From the human T2T-CHM13v2.0 reference genome, Homo sapiens, in assembly GCF_009914755.1 (NCBI RefSeq), contig NC_060925.1: a stretch of 64,000 bases of DNA. One strand, written 5' to 3'. How positions within the stretch are numbered: position 1 is the stretch's first letter; each line of letters opens with the position of its first letter. Under the pieces are notes generated by a model, which was given only the letters and a program-made list of their open reading frames with translations, was not told where the DNA came from and made no database searches. A program made the position numbers and the translations under genes. This document shows positions 1-12,000 of the stretch, piece by piece.

Positions 1-221
1 ATCAATTGGTACTGAATGGAATTGTCATCAAATGGAATTCAAAGGAATCATCATCAAATGGAACTGAATGGAATCCTCATTGAATGGAAATGAAAGGGGT
101 CATCATCTAATGGAATCGCATGGAATCATCATCAAATGGAATCGAATGGAATCATCATCAAATGGAATCTGATGGAATCATTGAACAGAATTGAATGGAA
201 TCGTCATCGAATGAATTGAAT

Positions 222-530
222 GCAATCATCGAATGGTCTCGAATGTAATCACATTCTAATGGAAAGGAATGGAATCATCGCATAGAATCGAATGGAATTA
301 ACATTGAATGGACTCGAATGGAATCAACATCAAACGGAATCAAGCGGAATTATCGAATGGAATCGAAGAGAATCATCGAATGGTCTCGAATGGAAGCATC
401 TTCTAATGGAAAGGAATGGAATCATCGCATAGAATCGAATGGAATAAACATTGAATGGACTCGAATGGAATCAACATCAAATGGAATCAAGCGGAATTAT
501 CGAATGAAATCGAAGAGAATCATCGAATGG
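222..530 (+). repeat. 147-bp local tandem duplication in a diverged HSat2 unit
   Basis: TGGTCTC at 234 and 381; TTCTAATGGAAAGG at 254 and 401; CAACATCAA at 325 and 472. The sub-block spacing 195 to 810 is 615 = 468+147. Confidence 0.88.
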
Positions 531-3504
531 ACTCGAATGGAATCATCTAATGGAATGGAATGGAATAATCCACGGACTCGAATGCAATCATCATCGTATA
601 GAATCGAATGGAATCATCGAATGGACTCGAATGGAATAACCATTGAACGGAATCGAATGGAATCATCATCGGATGGAAACGAATGGAATCATCATCGAAT
701 GGAAATGTAAGGAGTCATCATCTAATGGAATTGCATGGAATCATCATAAAATGGAATCGAATGGAATCATCATCAAATGGAATCAAATGGAATCATTGAA
801 CGGAATTGAATGGAATCGTCATCGAATGAATTGAATGCAATCATCGAATGGTCTCGAATGGAATCATCTTCAAATGGAATGGAATGGAATCATCGCATAG
901 AATCGAATGGAATTATCATCGAATGGAATCGAATGGTATCAACATCAAACGGAAAAAAACGGAATTATCGAATGGAATCGAAGAGAATCTTCGAACGGAC
1001 CCGAATGGAATCGTCTAATGGAATGGAATGGAATAATCCATGGACTCGAATGCAATCATCATCGAATGGAATCGAATGGAATCATCGAATGGACTTGAAT
1101 GGAATAATCATTGAACGGAATCGAATGGAATCATCATCGGATGGAAACGAATGGAATCATCATCGAATGGAATCGAATAGAATTATGGAATGAAATCCAG
1201 TGTGATCATCATCGAATGGACCCGAATGGAATCATCATCCAACGGAAGCTAATGGAATCAACATCGAATGAATCAAATGGAAACACCATCGAATTGAAAC
1301 GAATGGAATTACCATGAAATTGAAATGGATGGACTCATCATCGAATGGATTCGAATGGAATCATCGAATAAAATTGATTGAAATCATCATCCAATGGAAT
1401 CGAATGGTATCATTGAATGGAATCGAATGGAATCATCATCAGATGGAAATGAATGGAATCGTCATAGAATGGAATCGAATGGATTCATTGAATGGAATCA
1501 GATGGAATCATTGAATGGACTGGAATGGAATCATTGAATGGACACGAAAGGGATCATTATTGAATGGAATTGAATGGAATCATCGAATGGTCTCGATTGG
1601 AATCATTATCAAATGGAATCGAATGGAATCACCGAATAGAATCGAATGGAACAATCATCGAATGGACTCAAATGGAATTATCCTCAAATGGAATCGAATG
1701 GAATTATCGAATGCAATCGAATGGAATTATCGAATGCAATCGAATAGAATCATCGAATGGACTCGAATGGAATCATCGAATGGAATGGAATGGAACAGTC
1801 AATGAACTCGAATGGAATCATCATTGAATGGAATCGAATGGAATCATCGAGTGGAATCGAATGGAATTATGATCAAATGGAATCAAATGTAATCATCATC
1901 AAATGGAATCAAAAATAACCATCATCAATTGGTGTTGAATGGAATTGTCATCAAATGGAATTCAAAGGAATCATCATCAAATGGAACCGAATGGAATCCT
2001 CATTGAATGGAAATGAAAGGGGTCATCATCTAATGGAATCGCATGGAATCATCATCAAATGGAATCGAATGGAATTATGATCAAATGGAATCGAATATAA
2101 TCATCATCAAATGGAAAAAAACGGAGTTATCGAATGGAATCGAAGAGAATCTTCGAACGGACCCGAATGGAATCATCTAATGGAATGGAATGGAATAATC
2201 CATGGACTCGAATGCAATCATCGTCGAATGGAATCGAATGGAATCATCGAATGGACTCGAATGGAATAATCATTGAACGGAATCGAATGGAATCATCATC
2301 GGATGGAAACGAATGGAATCATCATCGAATGGAAATGAAAGGAGTCATCATCTAATGGAATTGCATGGAATCATCATAAAATGGAATCGAATGGAATCAA
2401 CATCAAATGGAATCAAATGGAATCATTGAACGGAATTGAATGGAATCGTCATCGAATGAATTGACTGCAATCATCGAATGGTCTCGAATGGAATCATCTT
2501 CAAATGGAATGGAATGGAATCATCGCATAGAATCGAATGGAATTATCATCGAATGGAATCGAATGGAATCAACATCAAACGGAAAAAAACGGAATTATCG
2601 AATGGAATCGAAGAGAATCATCGAATGGACCCGAATGGAATCATCTAATGGAATGGAATGGAATAATCCATGGACTCGAATGCAATCATCATCGAATGGA
2701 ATCGAATGGAATCATCGAATGGACTCGAATGGAGTAATCATTGAACGGAATCGAATGGAATCATCATCGGATGGAAATGAATGGAATCATCATCGAATGG
2801 AATCGAATAGAATTATGGAATGAAATCCAGTGTGATCATCATCGAATGGACCCGAATGGAATCATCATCCACCGGAAGCTAATGGAATCAACATCGAATG
2901 AATCGAATGGAAACACCATCGAATTGAAACGAATGGAATTATCATGAAATTGAAATGGATGGACTCATCATCGAATGGATTCGAATGGAATCATCGAATA
3001 AAATTGATTGAAATCATCATCGAATGGAATCGAATGGTATCATTGAATGGAATCGAATGGAATCATCATCAGATGGAAATGAATGGAATCGTCATAGAAT
3101 GGAATCGAATGGATTCATTGAATGGAATCAGATGGAATCATCGAATGGACTGGAATGGAATCATTGAATGGACCCGAATGGGATCATGATTGAATGGAAT
3201 TGAATGGAATCATCGAATGGTCTCGATTGGAATCATTATCAAATGGAATCGAATGGAATCACCGAATAGACTCGAATGGAACAATCATCGAATGGACTCA
3301 AATGGAATTATCCTCAAATGGAATCGAATGGAATTCTCGAATGCAATCGAATGGAATTATCGAATGCAATCGAATAGAATCATCGAAAGGACTCGAATGG
3401 AATCAGCGAATGGAATGGAATGGAACAGTCAATGAACTCGAATGGAATCATCATTGAATGGAATCGAATGGAATCATCGAGTGGAATCGAATGGAATTAT
3501 GATC

Positions 3505-4815
3505 AAATGGAATCGAATGTAATCATCATCAAATGGAATCAAAAATAACCATCATCAATTGGTATTGAATGGAATTGTCATCAAATGGAATTCAAAGGAA
3601 TCATCATCAAATGGAACCGAATGGAATCCTCATTGAATGGAAATGAAAGGGGTCATCATCTAATGGAATTGCATGGAATCATCATAAAATGGAATCGAAT
3701 GGAATCATCATCAAATGGAATCTAATGGAATCATTGAACAGAATTGAATGGAATCGTCATCGAATGAATTGAATGCAATCATCGAATGGTCTCGAATGGA
3801 ATCATCTTCTAATGGAAAGGAATGGAATCATCGCATAGAATCGAATGGAATTATCATCGAATGGAATCGAATGGTGTCAACACCAAACGGAAAAAAACGG
3901 AATTATCGAATGGAATCGAAGAGAATCTTCGAACGGACCCGAATGGAATCATCTAATGGAATGGAATGGAATAATCCATGTACTCGAATGCAATCATCAT
4001 CGAATGGAATGGAATGGAATCATCGAATGGACTCGAATGGAATAATCATTGAACGGAATCGAATGGAATCATCATCGGATGGAAACGAATGGAATCATCA
4101 TCGAATGGAAATGAAAGGAGTCATCATCTAATGGAATTGCATGGAATCATCATAAAATGGAATCGAATGTAATCATCATCAAATGGAATCAAAAATAACC
4201 ATCATCAATTGGTATTGAATGGAATTGTCATCAAATGGAATTCAAAGGAATCATCATCAAATGGAACCGAATGGAATCCTCATTGAATGGAAATGAAAGG
4301 GGTCATCATCTAATGGAATCGCATGGAATCATCATCAAATGGAATCGAATGGAATCATCATCAAATGGAATCTAATGGAATCATTGAACAGAATTGAATG
4401 GAATCGTCATCGAATGAATTGAATGCAATCATCGAATGGTCTCGAATGGAATCATCTTCTAATGGAAAGGAATGGAATCATCGCATAGAATCGAATGGAA
4501 TTATCATCGAATGGAATCGAATGGTATCAACACCAAACGGAAAAAAACGGAATTATCGAATGGAATCGAAGAGAATCTTCGAACGGACCCGAATGGAATC
4601 ATCTAATGGAATGGAATGGAATAATCCATGGACTCGAATGCAATCATCATCGAATGGAATGGAATGGAATCATCGAATGGACTCGAATGGAATAATCATT
4701 GAACGGAATCGAATGGAATCATCATCGGATGGAAACGAATGGAATCATCATCGAATGGAAATGAAAGGAGTCATCATCTAATGGAATTGCATGGAATCAT
4801 CATAAAATGGAATCG
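3505..4815 (+). repeat. 650-bp partial-unit tandem duplication
   Basis: AATCGAATGTAATC at 3511 and 4161. A-type blocks start at 3748 and 4398 with no B block or unique part between them. Landmark spacing 2944 to 5370 is 2,426 = 1,776+650. Confidence 0.9.
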
Positions 4816-6013
4816 AATGGAATCAACATCAAATGGAATCAAATGGAATCATTGAACGGAATTGAATGGAATCGTCATCGAATGAATTGACTGCAATCAT
4901 CGAATGGTCTCGAATGGAATCATCTTCAAATGGAATGGAATGGAATCATCGCATAGAATCGAATGGAATTATCATCGAATGGAATCGAATGGAATCAACA
5001 TCAAACGGAAAAAAACGGAATTATCGAATGGAATCGAAGAGAATCATCGAATGGACCCGAATGGAATCATCTAATGGAATGGAATGGAATAATCCATGGA
5101 CTCGAATGCAATCATCATCGAATGGAATCGAATGGAATCATCGAATGGACTCGAATGGAATAATCATTGAACGGAATCGAATGGAATCATCATCGGATGG
5201 AAATGAATGGAATCATCATCGAATGGAATCGAATAGAATTATGGAATGAAATCCAGTGTGATCATCATCGAATGGACCCGAATGGAATCATCATCCAACG
5301 GAAGCTAATGGAATCAATATCGAATGAATCGAATGGAAACACCATCGAATTGAAACGAATGGAATTATCATGAAATTGAAATGGATGGACTCATCATCGA
5401 ATGGATTCGAATGGAATCATCGAATAAAATTGATTGAAATCATCATCGAATGGAATCGAATGGTGTCATTGAATGGAATCGAATGGAATCATCATCAGAT
5501 GGAAATGAATGGAATCGTCATAGAATGGAATCGAATGGATTCATTGAATGGAATCAGATGGAATCATCGAATGGACTGGAATGGAATCATTGAATGGACT
5601 CGAAAGGGATCATGATTGAATGGAATTGAATGGAATCATCGAATGGTCTCGATTGGAATCATTATCAAATGGAATCGAATGGAATCACCGAATAGAATCG
5701 AATGGAACAATCATCGAATGGACTCAAATGGAATTATCCTCAAATGGAATCGAATGGAATTATCGAATGCAATCGAATGGAATTATCGAATGCAATCGAA
5801 TAGAATCATCAAAAGGACTCGAATGGAATCATCGAATGGAATGGAATGGAACAGTCAATGAACTCGAATGGAATCATCATTGAATGGAATGGAATGGAAT
5901 CATCGAGTGGAATCGAATGGAATTATGATCAAATGGAATCGAATGTAATCATCATCAAATGGAATCAAAAATAACCATCATCAATTGGTATTGAATGGAA
6001 TTGTCATCAAATG
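4238..6013 (+). repeat. Representative canonical 1,776-bp unit (EcoRI to EcoRI)
   Basis: GAATTC, within ATGGAATTCAAAGG, lies at 4238 and next at 6014, a difference of 1,776. This agrees with the classical 1.77-kb EcoRI satellite fragment. Confidence 0.93.
4285..5228 (+). repeat. 468-bp internal direct duplication (sub-blocks A and B), present in every canonical unit
   Basis: Paralogous landmarks lie 468 bp apart (4398 vs 4866; 6174 vs 6642). Diagnostic A/B differences: GGGGTC/GGAGTC, AACAGAA/AACGGAA, TGAATGC/TGACTGC, TTCTAATGGAAAGG/TTCAAATGGAATGG, ACACC/ACATC, TCTTCGAACGG/TCATCGAATGG. Boundaries are approximate. Confidence 0.92.
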
Positions 6014-9000
6014 GAATTCAAAGGAATCATCATCAAATGGAACCGAATGGAATCCTCATTGAATGGAAATGAAAGGGGTCATCATCTAATGGAATCGCAT
6101 GGAATCATCATCAAATGGAATCGAATGGAATCATCATCAAATGGAATCTAATGGAATCATTGAACAGAATTGAATGGAATCGTCATCGAATGAATTGAAT
6201 GCAATCATCGAATGGTCTCGAATGGAATCATCTTCTAATGGAAAGGAATGGAATCATCGCATAGAATCGAATGGAATTATCATCGAATGGAATCGAATGG
6301 TATCAACACCAAACGGAAAAAAACGGAATTATCGAATGGAATCGAAGAGAATCTTCGAACGGACCCGAATGGAATCATCTAATGGAATGGAATGGAATAA
6401 TCCATGGACTCGAATGCAATCATCATCGAATGGAATGGAATGGAATCATCGAATGGACTCAAATGGAATAATCATTGAACGGAATCGAATGGAATCATCA
6501 TCGGATGGAAACGAATGGAATCATCATCGAATGGAAATGAAAGGAGTCATCATCTAATGGAATTGCATGGAATCATCATAAAATGGAATCCAATGGAATC
6601 AACATCAAATGGAATCAAATGGAATCATTGAACGGAATTGAATGGAATCGTCATCGAATGAATTGACTGCAATCATCGAATGTTCTCGAATGGAATCATC
6701 TTCAAATGGAATGGAATGGAATCATCGCATAGAATCGAATGGAATTATCATCGAATGGAATCGAATGGAATCAACATCAAACGGAAAATAACGGAATTAT
6801 CGTATGGAATCGAAGAGAATCATCGAATGGACCCGAATGGAATCATCTAATGGAATGGAATGGAATAGTCCATGGACTCGAATGCAATCATCATCGAATG
6901 AAATCGAATGGAATCATCGAATGGACTCGAATGGAATAATCATTGAACGGAATCGAATGGAATCATCATCGGATGGAAATGAATGGAATCATCATCGAAT
7001 GGAATCGAATAGAATTATGGAATGAAATCCAGTGTGATCATCATCGAATGGACCCGAATGGAATCATCATCCAACGGAAGCTAATGGAATCAACATCGAA
7101 TGAATCGAATGGAAACACCATCGAATTGAAACGAATGGAATTATCATGAAATTGAAATGGATGGACTCATCATCGAATGGATTCGAATGGAATCATCGAA
7201 TAAAATTGATTGAAATCATCATCCAATGGAATCGAATGGTGTCATTGAATGGAATCGAATGGAATCATCATCAGATGGAAATGAATGGAATCGTCATAGA
7301 ATGGAATCGAATGGATTCATTGAATGGAATCAGATGGAATCATCGAATGGACTGGAATGGAATCATTGAATGGACTCGAAAGGGATCATGATTGAATGGA
7401 ATTGAATGGAATCATCGAATGGTCTCGATTGGAATCATTACCAAATGGAATCGAATGGAATCACCGAATAGAATCGAATGGAACAATCATCGAATGGACT
7501 CAAATGGAATTATCCTCCAATGGAATCGAATGGAATTATCGAATGCAATCGAATGGAATTATCGAATGCAATCGAATAGAATCATCGAATGGACTCGAAT
7601 GGAATCATCGAATGGAATGGAATGGAACAGTCAATGAACTCGAATGGAATCATCATTGAATGGAATGGAATGGAATCATCGAGTGGAATCGAATGGAATT
7701 ATGATCAAATGGAATCGAATGTAATCATCATCAAATGGAATCAAAAATAACCATCATCAATTGGTATTGAATGGAATTGTCATCAAATGGAATTCAAAGG
7801 AATCATCATCAAATGGAACCGAATGGAATCCTCATTGAATGGAAATGAAAGGGGTCATCATCTAATGGAATCGCATGGAATCATCATCAAATGGAATCGA
7901 ATGGAATCATCATCAAATGGAATCTAATGGAATCATTGAACAGAATTGAATGGAATCGTCATCGAATGAATTGAATGCAATCATCGAATGGTCTCGAATG
8001 GAATCATCTTCTAATGGAAAGGAATGGAATCATCGCATAGAATCGAATGGAATTATCATCGAATGGAATCGAATGGTATCAACACCAAACGGAAAAAAAC
8101 GGAATTATCGAATGGAATCGAAGAGAATCTTCGAACGGACCCGAATGGAATCATCTAATGGAATGGAATGGAATAATCCATGGACTCGAATGCAATCATC
8201 ATCGAATGGAATGGAATGGAATCATCGAATGGACTCGAATGGAATAATCATTGAACGGAATCGAATGGAATCATCATCGGATGGAAACGAATGGAATCAT
8301 CATCGAATGGAAATGAAAGGAGTCATCATCTAATGGAATTGCATGGAATCATCATAAAATGGAATCGAATGGAATCAACATCAAATGGAATCAAATGGAA
8401 TCATTGAACGGAATTGAATGGAATCGTCATCGAATGAATTGACTGCAATCATCGAATGGTCTCGAATGGAATCATCTTCAAATGGAATGGAATGGAATCA
8501 TCGCATAGAATCGAATGGAATTATCATCGAATGGAATCGAATGGAATCAACATCAAACGGAAAAAAACGGAATTATCGAATGGAATCGAAGAGAATCATC
8601 GAATGGACCCGAATGGAATCATCTAATGGAATGGAATGGAATAATCCATGGACTCGAATGCAATCATCATCGAATGGAATCGAATGGAATCATCGAATGG
8701 ACTCGAATGGAATAATCATTGAACGGAATCGAATGGAATCATCATCGGATGGAAATGAATGGAATCATCATCGAATGGAATCGAATAGAATTATGGAATG
8801 AAATCCAGTGTGATCATCATCGAATGGACCCGAATGGAATCATCATCCAACGGAAGCTAATGGAATCAACATCGAATGAATCGAATGGAAACACCATCGA
8901 ATTGAAACGAATGGAATTATCATGAAATTGAAATGGATGGACTCATCATCGAATGGATTCGAATGGAATCATCGAATAAAATTGATTGAAATCATCATCG

Positions 9001-12000
9001 AATGGAATCGAATGGTGTCATTGAATGGAATCGAATGGAATCATCATCAGATGGAAATGAATGGAATCGTCATAGAATGGAATCGAATGGATTCATTGAA
9101 TGGAATCAGATGGAATCATCGAATGGACTGGAATGGAATCATTGAATGGACTCGAAAGGGATCATGATTGAATGGAATTGAATGGAATCATCGAATGGTC
9201 TCGATTGGAATCATTATCAAATGGAATCGAATGGAATCACCGAATAGAATCGAATGGAACAATCATCGAATGGACTCAAATGGAATTATCCTCAAATGGA
9301 ATCGAATGGAATTATCGAATGCAATCGAATGGAATTATCGAATGCAATCGAATAGAATCATCAAAAGGACTCGAATGGAATCATCGAATGGAATGGAATG
9401 GAACAGTCAATGAACTCGAATGGAATCATCATTGAATGGAATGGAATGGAATCATCGAGTGGAATCGAATGGAATTATGATCAAATGGAATCGAATGTAA
9501 TCATCATCAAATGGAATCAAAAATAACCATCATCAATTGGTATTGAATGGAATTGTCATCAAATGGAATTCAAAGGAATCATCATCAAATGGAACCGAAT
9601 GGAATCCTCATTGAATGGAAATGAAAGGGGTCATCATCTAATGGAATCGCATGGAATCATCATCAAATGGAATCGAATGGAATCATCATCAAATGGAATC
9701 TAATGGAATCATTGAACAGAATTGAATGGAATCGTCATCGAATGAATTGAATGCAATCATCGAATGGTCTCGAATGGAATCATCTTCTAATGGAAAGGAA
9801 TGGAATCATCGCATAGAATCGAATGGAATTATCATCGAATGGAATCGAATGGTATCAACACCAAACGGAAAAAAACGGAATTATCGAATGGAATCGAAGA
9901 GAATCTTCGAACGGACCCGAATGGAATCATCTAATGGAATGGAATGGAATAATCCATGGACTCGAATGCAATCATCATCGAATGGAATGGAATGGAATCA
10001 TCGAATGGACTCGAATGGAATAATCATTGAACGGAATCGAATGGAATCATCATCGGATGGAAACGAATGGAATCATCATCGAATGGAAATGAAAGGAGTC
10101 ATCATCTAATGGAATTGCATGGAATCATCATAAAATGGAATCCAATGGAATCAACATCAAATGGAATCAAATGGAATCATTGAACGGAATTGAATGGAAT
10201 CGTCATCGAATGAATTGACTGCAATCATCGAATGTTCTCGAATGGAATCATCTTCAAATGGAATGGAATGGAATCATCGCATAGAATCGAATGGAATTAT
10301 CATCGAATGGAATCGAATGGAATCAACATCAAACGGAAAATAACGGAATTATCGTATGGAATCGAAGAGAATCATCGAATGGACCCGAATGGAATCATCT
10401 AATGGAATGGAATGGAATAGTCCATGGACTCGAATGCAATCATCATCGAATGAAATCGAATGGAATCATCGAATGGACTCGAATGGAATAATCATTGAAC
10501 GGAATCGAATGGAATCATCATCGGATGGAAATGAATGGAATCATCATCGAATGGAATCGAATAGAATTATGGAATGAAATCCAGTGTGATCATCATCGAA
10601 TGGACCCGAATGGAATCATCATCCAACGGAAGCTAATGGAATCAACATCGAATGAATCGAATGGAAACACCATCGAATTGAAACGAATGGAATTATCATG
10701 AAATTGAAATGGATGGACTCATCATCGAATGGATTCGAATGGAATCATCGAATAAAATTGATTGAAATCATCATCCAATGGAATCGAATGGTGTCATTGA
10801 ATGGAATCGAATGGAATCATCATCAGATGGAAATGAATGGAATCGTCATAGAATGGAATCGAATGGATTCATTGAATGGAATCAGATGGAATCATCGAAT
10901 GGACTGGAATGGAATCATTGAATGGACTCGAAAGGGATCATGATTGAATGGAATTGAATGGAATCATCGAATGGTCTCGATTGGAATCATTACCAAATGG
11001 AATCGAATGGAATCACCGAATAGAATCGAATGGAACAATCATCGAATGGACTCAAATGGAATTATCCTCCAATGGAATCGAATGGAATTATCGAATGCAA
11101 TCGAATGGAATTATCGAATGCAATCGAATAGAATCATCGAATGGACTCGAATGGAATCATCGAATGGAATGGAATGGAACAGTCAATGAACTCGAATGGA
11201 ATCATCATTGAATGGAATCGAATGGAATCATCGAGTGGAATCGAATGGAATTATGATCAAATGGAATCGAATGTAATCATCATCAAATGGAATCAAAAAT
11301 AACCATCATCAATTGGTATTGAATGGAATTGTCATCAAATGGAATTCAAAGGAATCATCATCAAATGGAACCGAATGGAATCCTCATTGAATGGAAATGA
11401 AAGGGGTCATCATCTAATGGAATCGCATGGAATCATCATCAAATGGAATCGAATGGAATCATCATCAAATGGAATCTAATGGAATCATTGAACAGAATTG
11501 AATGGAATCGTCATCGAATGAATTGAATGCAATCATCGAATGGTCTCGAATGGAATCATCTTCTAATGGAAAGGAATGGAATCATCGCATAGAATCGAAT
11601 GGAATTATCATCGAATGGAATCGAATGGTATCAACACCAAACGGAAAAAAACGGAATTATCGAATGGAATCGAAGAGAATCTTCGAACGGACCCGAATGG
11701 AATCATCTAATGGAATGGAATGGAACAATCCATGGACTCGAATGCAATCATCATCGAATGGAATGGAATGGAGTCATCGAATGGACTCGAATGGAATAAT
11801 CATTGAACGGAATCGAATGGAATCATCATCGGATGGAAACGAATGGAATCATCATCGAATGGAAATGAAAGGAGTCATCATCTAATGGAATTGCATGGAA
11901 TCATCATAAAATGGAATCGAATGGAATCAACATCAAATGGAATCAAATGGAATCATTGAATGGAATTGAATGGAATCGTCATCGAATGAATTGACTGCAA

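Larger units (their letters stand above)
4160..11218 (+). repeat. Two copies of a 3,552-bp (2-unit) super-repeat
   Basis: Variants recur at +3,552: ATCAAAAGG 5811/9363, ATCCAATGG 6591/10143, TGTTCTC 6683/10235, AAAATAACGG 6789/10341, AATAGTCC 6868/10420, ATTACC 7441/10993. Confidence 0.88.

Noticed and set aside
222-530. 147-bp duplication equals the nucleosome core length
   Set aside because: It also equals 3 x (23+26) monomers and is a single event, so coincidence is the simpler explanation.
5423-5442. AATAAA followed by the imperfect palindrome TGATTGAAATCA once per unit, a possible poly(A) signal
   Set aside because: A single hexamer is easily produced from AATGGAA by mutation. There is no GU-rich downstream element and no transcript evidence is available.
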